NCBI RefSeq assembly: GCF_902459465.1
Contig: NC_047074.1
Location: 11,656,001 to 11,720,000 of the forward strand
DNA length: 64,000 nt
Source: Asterias rubens
Lineage: Eukaryota
Direction: 5' to 3'
The translations under genes and the position numbers were made by a program. Of this stretch, positions 49,087 to 62,074 are shown in pieces. Within the stretch, counting starts at the first letter, position 1, and the number at the start of each line of letters is the position of its first letter. The notes below the pieces were generated by a model, which worked only from the letters and a program-made list of their open reading frames with translations, made no database searches and was not told the origin of the DNA.

Positions 49087-50863
49087 AACTGAAATGCCTC
49101 AAGTGGACGTTAAGACTATGCTAGCCGAGGTATCACTGAGGTGTACCTCTGAACCATCTTATGGATTGATGGAAGATCCTCATAAACATAGCGACCGAGA
49201 CTCCAGTGGGATGTTGGAAATAATATCAGACATTTTTAGACGAGAGGTGTGTCAGAGGCACCCGAATAGTTTCCTGCAAAGAACCAAACGTTTATTGAAT
49301 GAAAGCAAATACAATTGTCTCTTCGTGCTTCAACATCTTCCAGTCTCCAATGAACGCTGCCTTTACGACTCTGATGAACGTTGGCCAACGAAATAATCGT
49401 ATTGGATATGGGATGGAATTGCCATGGTACGTATTCGTACTTATTACATGTATTTAAGAAGTGCCTATAATATAACAATTGACTTTGTGCATAAATTTGT
49501 GCCATTGAAAAACTGAATTTTTTGTACTAAATATTTGTTAATTCCCTGGTTTAAGATGCTAAATAATTGTTACGATTGTCCCTTCCAGATCACACAAATC
49601 AGAATTTTAGAACAACTTAAAGTCTTGCGGTTTTATTCGAAAACTAGAAAAATAAATGTGCTGGAAAGTTAACGAATTTCTGAGAGTAGCGAGCGGACAC
49701 ACGCTCTTACACAGCAATGTTTGGAAAGGTTTTCGGTAACATCATGTAACCATTAGATTATACCTCTATGATGGAACTGAGTTAGAGTGGTCCTGAAAAG
49801 AACCGTTGGTTTCAAAGTCAACGGTTCTTTCCAGAACAGTTCAACCACCTGAAAGAACCGTTGGTTTCAACCACCCCAAGTCATTCAGAGATAGTCATTA
49901 CATGGGGTTACCGCAAACCTTTCCATATCGTATTTCCGCAATGCAAAGTTTCAAATCCTAATAAAGCAATGTTCTGTTTTCGTTTCGTATAAAAAGGGCA
50001 TAATTTTATCTATTTAATTGATTATTTTGTTTAAATCCAGCGCAACTGTTTGCGCTTTTTAAATTCCTCTTTATAATTGTTTTAAGTTTACACAACGGTG
50101 TAATTATTTAAGTTGTACATGTACACTAACAGTTTTGGGCCTTTTCCGTCGGTAGTTTGAATAAAATCTTGTGTTCTCTTCTCAGAGGGAGCCAACTGGC
50201 GCTGAAGTGTCCAAGATGGGAGCTTGAATCCTTCTCCTGTGACGACATCACTATAGTCTGTGTATTTGTTAGCGCTCATCAGCACGGCCAGATTTCATAG
50301 AGCTCCTAAGCACGCAAATGTGCTTAACATGGAATTTATTCCTCGTTAAAAACATGATGACCAACCAAATTTATTGCATGTTGCATGTTACTGGTATTCA
50401 GCTGTTGTGTGCTTATCCTGAAATCGGGCCCTGGTGTTAAGTGACACAGGAGACGTAGTTTCTAAGATGGCGGTCATGTTGTGACTGTCAACAGAGGGCG
50501 GCATAAAGTGATAAGCATAAATTATTGGACACAGTCTGGAACTCTGAAATAACATCGTCGCTGAATTTGTTGATTGATGACCGAAAACTGTGGCCCTTTT
50601 AAACGATGGGTTTGACTTTGGATTCGGCTCAAGCAAGCTTGGCCCCGCGGTTGTTTTGACAATATTGCGCGTGCTTTGCGTAGTTGCGCACAGGGTTTCA
50701 GACGAGAGAACGGAGCCTCAAGCCGAAGCCCTGGTTTCGAAAAGGGCCTATATTCCATCATCCAAATGCAAAGGTCTTCTTGACACTATAAGGACGTTTT
50801 CCAATTGGCTCCAGCTTCGGGGCCGTCCTCCATTTTGGACCAGTGAACGTTTTTGGAGCTTAA

Positions 50864-51241
50864 AGGCAGTGGACACTATTGGTAATTACTCAAAATAATT
50901 ATTGGCATAAAACCTTTCTTGGTGACGAGTAATTGGGAGAGGTTGATGGTATAAAACATTGTGAGAAACGGCTCCCTCTGAAGTGCCATAGTTTTCGAGA
51001 AAGAAGTAATTTCCCACGAATTTGATTTCGAGACCTCAAGTTTAGAACTTGAGGTCTCGAAATCAACCATCTAAACGCACACAACTTCGTGTTGCAAGGG
51101 TTATTTTTCTTTCATTATTATCTCGCAAGTTCGATGACCGATTGAGCTCAAATTTTCACAGGTTTGTTATTTTATGCATATGTTGAGATACACCAGCTGT
51201 CAAGGCTAGTCTTTGACAATAACCAATAGTGTCCACTGCCT
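50864..51241 (+). mobile_element. TTAA-flanked MITE family 1
   Basis: Full-length copy: AGGCAGTGGACACTATTGGT TIRs and TTAA TSD. Confidence 0.88.
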
Positions 51242-53788
51242 TTAAAGGCAAATTTGTGCTTCAGCATCAAACGGAACTTATGATGCACCCCACTTAAATG
51301 TGCAAAAAACATAGTGCGAGCTCGTTATAATTTTATTCAAAATTTTCTTAGACAGTTGAGAGCCCACCATTTCCTCTGTTTTTTGCAATTACATGTACAA
51401 AAAAAATTGAGAAAGTTTCAGGTACATGAACCTCCATCCAGTATGTCGCTCGATCCATCCATGAAGGTAGAATTCCATAATGTTTAAGTTCTCCTTTTTC
51501 ATACTAATTTTTTTAAATTAGCGTTGGTTTCTTTTTATTGTCCTCTCTTACTTTTAATTTGCTCAAGATTTCTTTGCTTTCTCTGTTAATGGGAGACTTT
51601 TGGGACGCTTGGTGGCTGCAGACTTACCAGGTAAAATCCATTGTTCTCAGTAAATTGCGCATGCTCAGAACTACGTAAACAGTTGAAATTTACCTGTTAA
51701 GTCTACTACCACCTAGCGTTCCAAAGTCTCCCATTCCAATCTTGATTTTTTTTTTTCAATATGTACAAATGTTTTAATTCGGCCTTTGTGAATATTATGA
51801 ATAAACCATTTAAAATCAATTCAAGTTTATGATGACATCTCTCAACACACCCCGCCCCGCCATCACTCCCGCCCCAATCATGAAAACAAATTGTTGGATA
51901 AACTTCGCTCACAAAATACTCTACTTATTATAAACTAAATCACTTTCTTAAGTTAACTCACCATGAAGCATGGTCTATGTCTTGGTCAAGGTTGAATGTT
52001 ACCAGCATGTATTGTTAAAGGAACATCCTCGAATTGGATTTTGCTAACAAAACAGTTGCTGGCAGTGAAACGACTTTATGTAATCCACCGCTATTAAATA
52101 CACAAACTGACAAACCTCTAGTTTGAGATCGATCAGCCGTGGGTTATGATCGAGATAATAGTTAAAACACAATAATTATTAATCATTTTTTGCAAGACAT
52201 CGACAAAAAAGAAAGAACAAAACGCTCACTTGTGGCGATAAACTCCAAACGGGAAATAAGTTTTATTTAGTTCTCACCAAATATGACATTTCAGACAAAA
52301 ATATTTCAAGGGATATTTACTACTATCATTAGACCGTGTAAGTTTTATGTAAATCTGAGATCTCAGACAAGTTTTTGTTCTTGCCAGTTCTGTACGTTTC
52401 CTTTGATTGTTCAGCATACCCCCATGACGAGAATTAAACATGTTACGGTTACGGTGTAGTTTTATTACAATTTACAATATGCATTTGCTGTAAGCAACAA
52501 CTTTCAGTTGTAGTTTGGAATGTGGAAAAAAACCTGTCTTGAATAATTAAACAGGCACGTTGCCTAAAATCTTGTTTAATGTTGCTATTTGTCATTATAC
52601 TTGTTATTCTAATTAAAGGTACTGGATACGTTTGGTAATTGTCAGAGACCAGTATTCTCACTCGGTGTATCCTGACATAATGCATACAATTAATAACAAA
52701 CCTCTAAAAAATTAGGTTCTATTGGTCATCAAATTTGCAAGAGAATAGTGATTTTTTTTTTTTTTTTATTACTTTGTGTGCTTTCAGATGCGTAACAAAG
52801 GCTCCAGTTGAGTTTTTTTTACTATTTGAGTGAGAAATGAACTATCTAAAAAAACTACGTTACTTCAGAGGGAACCGTTTTGCACTATGTTTTTTGTTTG
52901 TTTACTATCATCGATCAGCTCTCCATGCATTGCTCGTTACCAAGTAAGTTTTTATGCTCAATTAATTTTGAGTTTCGGTTTCGCAAACAACATAAAACAT
53001 CAACCTTTTTCCTCAAAACCTGACACAGCTGATGATTGCTTAAAGGCACTGGGCACTATTAGTGGTTAATATTCAAAATAATTGTTAGCAAAAAAACTTA
53101 CTTGATAACCAGCAATGGAGAGCCGTTGAAAGTTTAATACAACGTAATGAGAAAGACCCCCTCTGAAGTAATGTGTTTTTTTAGAAAGATACTTTTTTTC
53201 ACTTGTTTAAAGTGACCTTTAACGCGACTCGTTTGATTTAAAGTACTTATACTACAATCATGACATGACAATTTAAAATAATAAAGTTCAAACATCACCA
53301 AGCGCATAATACAATAATCTCTACAAATTGATCAGGAAAACTAAAAACAAGACAAAATGAAGCAAAAACAATGTTCATACGAATTAAATGCTAATGATCC
53401 TACAAAAAACAAAATCAGTACTCAAGTTAAATGCGATTAAAAGCAGTAATTTGTGTCAAAAGTCAAACTGTTAAATTTTGCAGACAACAAGAACTGTACA
53501 CACAATTTACGTTATAAAAATTAAAGAACAATATTAACACATAATACAATGCCTACCACAAGATCAAAAAATATGCCAAATATTGTAGCTTACCAAAAGG
53601 ATATGAAGTGGTTTAACACGATTCTCGCCCCTACAGTTGATGAGCGAGTGCACGTTTAGTATAGCATTGCATCATGTAATGTATAAACCAAATAATGGTA
53701 TTACATACCATCTAACAAAGCAAGATAGACAAATTTGCCTACCGCACTGGGCTGTAAAAGCTAACAGAAAGTGCGTTTTGTTAATGAG

Positions 53789-54439
53789 TTAACGCCCAAA
53801 CAAAGTGATCTGCTTTTCACGTGACCATGTTTCCTCGGTCTTCGACACTGAAGAGGTAGTGTTCAACAGCTTGAAGCCCAGTCGTGTAATCATCTTGTAC
53901 GTCGTCATGCGATCTGGCTTGTCCCTGCTGCACTTAAATTCGAACACCGAGTCGCCGTGGCTTGCGTCACCGAGGTAATCCGCAAGGGTTGGTATTTGCT
54001 TTAGAGTCTCTACGTGCCCTCTGAGGGTAAATTCATAATGACAATCAAGATCTCCACTATCATCAACATCACGCGAGAAAGTAATTTCTTTGAATTCTAT
54101 CTCCTGTCTGCTGCGTTTCTCTTTGATTAACTTTACTGCATCTATCAGCTCCTTGAATTGGAAGAACTCTGCCTCCGCACTCAGGAGGTCCCACTCCTTG
54201 AAGTCATTGGGAAGACAGAGCGAGGAGCGGCGGAGGAAGTTCAAGACGTGACGGAAGATGGGCCCGTCTCCGTCGATGATGTAGTGGCCGTTGTTGTCCT
54301 TTTTGTCTATGTGATAACGGCCTATCACCATTCTAGGTGTGTACATGCTAGGCCACATGGAGACTGGTTTAGGGGTCAGTGTTGCAACAGTCGTTGTATA
54401 GAGACTGCCTCCGACATTGAGTGTCACTAGATCAGACAT
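53789..54439 (-). CDS. KCTD-family BTB/POZ (T1-type) protein, copy 1 (KCTD6/11/21-like)
   Basis: Intronless ORF MSDLVTLNVGGSLYTTT...HYIIDGDGPIFRHVLNFLR...EAEFFQ, followed by a C-terminal domain ending TRLGFKL...LFGR. An alternative in-frame upstream ATG lies at 54499. Confidence 0.88.
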   Translation of the reverse strand: MSDLVTLNVGGSLYTTTVATLTPKPVSMWPSMYTPRMVIGRYHIDKKDNNGHYIIDGDGPIFRHVLNFLRRSSLCLPNDFKEWDLLSAEAEFFQFKELIDAVKLIKEKRSRQEIEFKEITFSRDVDDSGDLDCHYEFTLRGHVETLKQIPTLADYLGDASHGDSVFEFKCSRDKPDRMTTYKMITRLGFKLLNTTSSVSKTEETWSREKQITLFGR

Positions 54440-57400
54440 TGCAGCAGTTCCAATTTTGTGATGAATACCGACTCTTTCGTGTGGTAGTTTCACATACAAA
54501 ACTGTTCTCTTCCCTTAGCAGTTCTTGACGTGGATAGATTATTTTCAGCGCTCTTATTAGAGCCAAACGAAAAGAGTTGGTGTACTGTGTGTGGTTTTCT
54601 GGATTGAGCGAGTGTTTGCTTGATACGGCGTTTTGTAGAGCACATTCCTGATAATATGGAATAATGTACAATGCAATTAATGACGTCACGGTTATTGTGA
54701 CATAAGTACACATTATGTTAAACAGAGAAACAATGTTTTCTCACTACATTTATGCAAAGTGGTAAGCAAATAGACGTCATCAGTACAAAGTTCTATTGAA
54801 TCCCGGTTTTGATCGTTAACCAGTTAAAGGCAGTGGACACTATTGCTAATTACTCAAAATAATTATCATCATAGAAAATAAATGTGCTGGAAAGTTAACG
54901 AATTTCTGAGAGCTGTATGTATGTATTGTATGGGCTAAAATGGCGCGGCGAAAATCGATCACTCCTGGGAACGAGTTTGTTGCATAACCCGCACAAACGT
55001 ATCCGAAAACTACTGGTTATAAACAGCTCCATTTTTCAAATTTCAAATCCACCATGACCTTTACTTTGACCTGTTTATGTGAATGAAAGCAGGTCAAACC
55101 TTGCGGCAGTTTGCGGTCACTATGGCAATCTTTTTACAAGCCGCTTGTGGCAACCATTGTTTCTTAGTATTTTTTTAGCCTCGTATTCACTGTTAATAAA
55201 GTTAATATTTTGTACTTGTTTTATTTGTCTACTCTAGTAGTATACAAAAATGCTTTTTACACATGCATTTTTTTTTTTGCTTTTACTTGCCTTTATTTGT
55301 GGTGCACCGTTTGTTTTATTTATCTTTTATTCATTTTGTCTTGTTTCTGGTTTCCTTAATATTGTGTGTAGCACATAGGTATTTGTGTACTATGCGCTTC
55401 GTGATTTTTTTATGATACCGTTTAATTGTCTTGACTTGTTATTGTATCTTTCTTGATAGTTATTGTGCGTGTCACACCGCGTTTACACTATCCTCCTACA
55501 AGGATCCAATGAGGATCAGATCCCAAAAGCAGGATCAAGCATTTTTGTGCCGCGTCCTGCTCGCGATCACACTAGCCGTTGATCTCCCTTTGATCGCCCT
55601 TTCGAGATCAGATCCTCCTTTGATCCTCCTAGCAGGATCTAGTGTAAACGCGGTGTAAATAAGCATCGCTGACAAAACCAAACAATACCCCAAACCTATA
55701 AAGGCACTGCTGTGGTCTCGAATTCAATTCAAAAACTATTGTGGGGGCGTACGTTACTTCAGAGGGAGCCGTTATTACACATTATTACAGTGCGCTTTTT
55801 GTTAGCTTTAAAGCACAGCACCGAGGCGTTGGAATTCCCTACCTAATAAAAGTGTGCTTAAATAATGTTCGATGGAAACAAACTCCGTGACCGTTTATTC
55901 CTTTTTTTCTCTCCATGACAAACTGACACTAACTTTGGCACGTGACTTTTACTGTAACTTTCTTGATAATTATTTTGCCTGTAAATAAGCATTACGTTGA
56001 CTAAACCCTGCAATGACCCTTTACCTTTAAAACAAGTTTCGGACTCTGTTTTTTTGTTTCAGATTTCATTGCTTAAAGACATATATGGACACTATTGGTA
56101 ATTACTCAAAATAATTGTTAGAATAACAATTTACTTGGTAACAATTGGCAATGGAGAGCTGTTGATAGTATAAAACATTGTGAGAAATGGCTCCCTCTGA
56201 AGTATTACACGCAGTTTTCGGGGGAAAAAAAAGTAATTTGCCACTAAAATTAATATTTGAATTTAATTTTGAGACCTCAGAGTTAGATCTTGACGTCCCG
56301 AAATCAAGCATCTAAAGGCACACAACTTCGTGTAACAAGAGTGTTTTTTCTTCCATTTCGCAACTTCGACGACCAATTGAGCTCAAAATGTTCACAGGTG
56401 TGTTATTTTGTGCATTATGTGCATCATCTGGTTGAGATACACCAAGTAGTAAGACCTTGACAATTACCAAAGGTGCCCATCAGTGTCTTTAACTTGAGCG
56501 ATACACAAATGCATGGTATAAAAGTAGATGATCTACACAAATATGTCTTGAAATTGCGTGGCTTTTACCTCTTCGACTAACACGGTCGGCCATTTATGGA
56601 GTCAAATTTTTGACTCCCATAAATGGCCGACCGTGTTTCCTCGCGACGTAAAGGGAAAACCGTGCAATTCCGAGGTAGGGCCTATGTTTGTTTCGATCAG
56701 TATGCTCTGATCGTCTTCTTTTTTGAAATCAGTGCATGGTGTACAAATTTGTAGAATAATTAATTGCATTTTTTTTCGGGGGGGGGGGGGCAAAATCTAG
56801 ACATGAACTATAATCGAAGCTTATTCTGCTATTTTTTGTTAACAATTTACTTCGAGCTTAATCCTTTGTAAACTTATATGAATTTGTTGAATGAATATAA
56901 ATACAAAACAAAATCACGCTAAGCAATTTTGTTGCTGTGCTAAGCAGCTCTATGAAATTGGGCCCTGGTTGTTTAGTTCACGTGGCCCATTATTACAGAG
57001 AAATAATGAAATAATTCGACAACTTCATTAGAAAAAAACCACACAACGTGAGGTAGACGTGCGCGGGGTTTCATGCCATAACAATGTGTATGTATTTGCT
57101 CTTGTAGTTTGCCAAATAGGCCTAAAATCAAAACAAAATCAATCCCAAACTCGTTTTAAACAGTGTGCTGCAAGCGACTCTCGGAATAGACGAAACGTCG
57201 ATGTGTTCTCATCAGGGCCTATTCAATTTAGAAATCAGTGCATGGTGTACAAATTTGTAGAATGATTAATCGAATTTAATTTTTGCAAAAATATATAGAC
57301 ATAGTTATGAATTACAATCGAAGCTTATTAATTTATTTTTTGGTAAATTTACTTCGAGCTCAATCCTTTAATGTAAAACTAATATGAATTTGTAGAATGA

Positions 57401-58733
57401 ATATAAGTTTGTAGAATAATAAACTGCCTTTTGGACAAAATGTACAACACATAATAATATGAATTGTTATCGATGTTTATTAAACTATTATAGTATTTTG
57501 AATTCACAATTTTTTTATTTTTTTTTATGTTTACTGCATTTTTACTTTGAACCTAATAATTGTAAAAATAAATATGTAAAAGACGAGAGTCATCAATTAT
57601 TTGTCTTTGTGTGAATTTCTATTTTACTTTCATCATTCTATTTTTTAACATTATGCTGGTTTTCATTTTTCCATTTCATTTTTTTTTTTTAAACCTTTCT
57701 GGTCGCTATCGATCGCAATACAACAACCTTTGTCGTCAAAATGACAGCCGATGACTGTTTTATGATACGAAGTTGTGAAATCGTGACCATTGGGATCACA
57801 TGCAAAGTCTATGGCAAACTATGCTCAACTTTGCATTGGAAAAACCTTATGAGCGGCCTATGTTAGCAAAACATTCAATCGTGCTAACAGATAGTGTGAC
57901 AAAACTCAACATTTTCAAAAAAAGTTTTATAAAAAGAAAACCCATTTCATCCTTGGTGTTTTAATTCCCGGGCAACAAAATTCAAAACCATGTTGCGTTG
58001 TTATAAACTGTGACTATTATCGGTGATTGCTTTGCATTTATGGCTTTCGGAATTCCCCCATAGTTGTCCAACCTTTGACCGCAAAACTCGGCTATGACGT
58101 TCTGCAACAAATCAGGCAGCCGATTTCACGAAACTTTACGCAACTGCGTAGGTCCACTTGCGCAACGTTTATGGCGCAATCGGCCCGAGGTCCATAGATC
58201 AAGTCCATAGACTTGTGGACAAGTCGTTAATGGCCTGTCGCGGTGAGTTATTCGAGTCGTGGTGGTGAGGTAAAAATGCAGGTTTCCGCGATCGACTCAC
58301 TGCCATAGATCACCCCTCTCGTGCGAACTGTAGCTGGTTGCCGTTTTTAGCTCAGATAGCCGTCACGGGAGCAGTTGTCTTGCAGGGCCAGCAGTCTCGC
58401 GATAATATCACACTGTGTCGCGGGAATCGCGGGGAGATTCGGAATCGAGGGGGAGAGGGGGAGAGAGGGAGAGTCAGAACGCTATCGGGGCGACAGACTT
58501 TTAACGACTTGTCCACAAGTCTAGATCTGCATTACACTGTGTGCACATGAACTATTTCAAACCTCGTTTAACCATCTTTGGTTTAACCAAACACTCGCTC
58601 ATCTAGTAAAACCGCTGCACGCAACGTTAACTAAACACTCGCCCAATCACTAGGGAAGAGATCGGGTGTGAAACCAGTGCTGCAAGAAAGAGTTTTACAC
58701 ACCCATTGACAGGTAAAATACTACAGCAATAAT

Positions 58734-59135
58734 ATGGGCAAGCAACCAACTAAAACACCTGCTAGAGAGCCTGCAACAACTGCAGATACCGATCTAGTGA
58801 CACTCAATGTGGGAGGCAGTCTCTACACAACGACTGTTGCAACACTGACCCGCTATCCAGACTCCATGTTGTTTAGCATGTACTTCGGTCTCATCCCAAC
58901 CCAACGGGACAACAACGGCCACTACATCATCGACGGGGACGGGCCCATCTTCCGTCACGTCTTGAACTTCCTCCGCCGCTCCTCGCTCTGTCTTCCCAAT
59001 GACTTCAAGGAGTGGGACCTCCTGAGTGCGGAGGCAGAGTTCTTCAAAATCAAGGAGCTGATAGATGAAGTGAAGTTGCTGAGGAAGGAGCGGTTGGTAG
59101 AGGGCATCAGATTCAGACAGGACACGAATTCATAG
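58734..59135 (+). CDS. KCTD-family BTB protein, copy 2: BTB-only, frameshift-truncated (possible pseudogene)
   Basis: The BTB domain is intact (VTLNVGG, RYPDSML, NFLRRSSL). The stop at 59133-59135 follows an apparent 1-nt deletion, and the shifted frame continues EFIELCF like the paralogues' EFTELSF/EFKEITF. Confidence 0.75.
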   Translation: MGKQPTKTPAREPATTADTDLVTLNVGGSLYTTTVATLTRYPDSMLFSMYFGLIPTQRDNNGHYIIDGDGPIFRHVLNFLRRSSLCLPNDFKEWDLLSAEAEFFKIKELIDEVKLLRKERLVEGIRFRQDTNS

Positions 59136-61387
59136 AATTGTGTTTTCATTTTCTCGGTAAGTCGAAGTAACACCATTTTATGGTGGTGGACACATTACCT
59201 GGACACTAAAAGGTTTGATTAAATTAATTTGTCTGTGTACACTAAAACTAAACAGTGCACTCTTTTTTAGTGTCCACACCTTGAACAGACTAATGATGAA
59301 CTGCATGAAGCATGAAAGCACACACAACTTCGTGTGACAAGGGTGTTTTTTCTTTTATTGTTATCTCGCAACTTTGATGACCGATTGAGCTCAAATTTTC
59401 ACAGGTTTGTTATTTTATGCATATATGTTGAGATACACCAACTGTGAAGGCTAGTCTTTGACAATTTCCAATGATGTCCACTGCCTTTAAAGGTACTAGA
59501 CACGTTTGGTATTAATGTCGTAGGCCACTATTAAATTCTCAATGCATCAAAATAAAATAACACATCTTTGATTTTTGTTTTTATGTCGACCCAAATTGGT
59601 CATTGAATGCATGATAAAGGGAAAGAAAAACCCACCCCTTGTTGCCCAAAATTGTGTGCTTTCAGATGCTTGACGAGACTATCAGGCCTGACGGTCTTTT
59701 TGGGTGAGAAAAAAAAACCTCTCGCTCAAAAACTACATTACTTCGGATGGACCTGTTTCTCACAATGTTTTCTGCTATCAATAGGTCTCCATTGCTTGTT
59801 ACCAAGTAAAATTTTATGCTCACAATTGGTTGAGTAATTACCAACAGTGTCGAATGCTTTCGAGCTGGTACTTTCAAAGGTCAAAAAAAATTGTATACTT
59901 GTTTTTAAAACATTACTATTAAAATCACATTTTAAGGTAACAAAAAGTGACATTATAAACACACCATGTGAGAATGTAAAGTGATTATTGTAGTTATTGT
60001 TTGATGATGCATCTTTACTGGTTTATTTTCATTTATACCATATACACTGTCTTAGAGTGAAAAACACTAATTTTTGTCCGCCGAAAACCACTTTTGCAAA
60101 AACCCATGGCGGACAACCCCGTTTAGAGTGAAAGACAGGTACGTACTACTCGATTTTAGAGTCAGTGATGTTTGTTCCAGTTTCACTCATAAAGAGTGAC
60201 GTCACAGAGTGACGTCAAAAGAGCGAAGTTGACACCGTTCGGGCAATATCAAAAATTGTTTACTCTGTTACATTAAAGACTCTGGACACTATTGGTAATT
60301 GTCAAAGACCAGTCTTCTCACTTGGTGTATCTCAACTTATGCATAAAATAACAAACCTGTGATATTATTTTGAGCTCAATTGGTCGTCGAAGTTGCGAGA
60401 TAATAATGCAAGAAAAAAACACCCTTGTCACACGAAGTTTGTGTGCTTTCAAATGCTTGATTTCGAGACCACAAAATCCAATTCTGAGGTCTCAAAATCA
60501 AATTCGTGGAAGTTTACTTCTTTCTCGAAAATTACGTCACGTCAGAGGGAGCCGTTTCTAACAGTGTTTTGTACTATCACCCTCTCCCCATTACCCGTTA
60601 CCAAGTAAGGTTTTATGCTAAAAATTATTTTGAGTAATTACCAATAGTGTCCACTGCCTTTAATGCATTATTGGGATACCCAATTAGTTACAACTGCCGT
60701 CGATTTCACCAAACTCTTAGGATTAATATTAGGACTTGGGGCAAGTTAAAGCCATTGGACCCTTTCGGTTCAGAAAAGAAAAATCACAGATTTACAAATA
60801 ACTTACAGGGTTTACAGAAGGCAATGGTGAAAGACTTCTTTTGAAATATTATTCCATGAAATGCTTTACTTTTTGAGAAAACAGCAAAACAATATAAATT
60901 CTCGTTAACGAGAATTACGGATTTATTTTAAACACATGTCATGACACGGCGAAACTTGGACAAAACTGTTTACCGAAAGGGTCCAAAACTGTTTACCGAA
61001 AGGGTCCAATGGCTTAAAATTCCGTATCCGAAGTTACTCGTCCAAACTTCTTGAAATCGTACAGTGTACAGTGTCCTTGCCATTATTTTCCCCATCAGCG
61101 ATCAGAGCAACCGACGGCTGTTTGACTTCCATCGTGGTTCGCTCGGTTATATTATTTTATGCACGCTCTGACCATGCTCTGGGTGACTCATGTACATACA
61201 CACAACAATAGTGGCATCACTCACTGCGGGATTCATACGACAGGGATTGAATGTACTGATGCATCATCAGAGGCATCGGTTTGGTTAGCATTATTCGCTC
61301 CAATTAGGGAACATTTTCATGAAGAGTTTTATAGTGATATAAACCGTTTCTTCCTGTGCAGATCGAACAGCGTTTTAGGACACGGCA

Positions 61388-62074
61388 ATGGATTACACGC
61401 CGCAACCAGCATCTACTGATGATCATAAGCCTTCAGATCTAGTGACACTCAATGTCGGAGGCAGTCTCTACACAACGACTGTTTCAACACTGACCCGCTA
61501 TCCGGACTCCATGCTAGGTAGCATGTTCGGTGGCAACATCCCAACCTATCGGGACAACAACGGCCACTACATCATCGACGGAGACGGGCCGATCTTCCGC
61601 CACGTCTTGAACTTCCTCCGCCGCTCCTCCCTCTGTCTTCCCAATGACTTCAAGGAGTGGGATCTCCTCAGTGCGGAGGCAGACTTCTTCCAAATCAAGG
61701 AGCTGATAGATGGGGTGGAGTCACTCAAAGATGAGCGGTCAGCGGGAGAGGGCAGCAGACAGGAGATGGAGTTCACTGAACTAAGTTTTGTCGATAATGG
61801 AGAGCTGATGTATAGAGGAACAGGGGTGACTCTCAGGACTATCCCAACGTTATGGCAGTTCTTTGAGGCACACGCCAATAAAAACACAAATATTGCAGAT
61901 CGCGTTGATGCTACAGGGACGATCGTATCGAAGCAAGGTGTTAGGGGAGTGGACCGCATGAAAGTTTATCAGGAGATGACGCGACTGGGGTTCAGGCTGC
62001 TGGACTCTTCTGTATGGGAGAACAAACATGTTGAGATAAAGCTGTTCGGTCGGAATGCAATTGGAAATAAATAG
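61388..62074 (+). CDS. KCTD-family BTB/POZ protein, copy 3 (KCTD21/KCTD6-like), 228 aa
   Basis: Intronless ORF with VTLNVGGSLYTTTVSTLTRYPDSMLGSMFGG, IIDGDGPIFRHVLNFLR, EADFFQIKELI and C-terminal MTRLGFRL...LFGR. A splice acceptor (ttcctgtgcag) lies just upstream. Confidence 0.92.
   Translation: MDYTPQPASTDDHKPSDLVTLNVGGSLYTTTVSTLTRYPDSMLGSMFGGNIPTYRDNNGHYIIDGDGPIFRHVLNFLRRSSLCLPNDFKEWDLLSAEADFFQIKELIDGVESLKDERSAGEGSRQEMEFTELSFVDNGELMYRGTGVTLRTIPTLWQFFEAHANKNTNIADRVDATGTIVSKQGVRGVDRMKVYQEMTRLGFRLLDSSVWENKHVEIKLFGRNAIGNK

Noticed and set aside
48896-49396. 166-aa ORF overlapping the microprotein
   Set aside because: It is an alternative frame with no motifs, and its second half runs through AT-richer UTR-like sequence. 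The MGCGKSK frame explains the coding signal.
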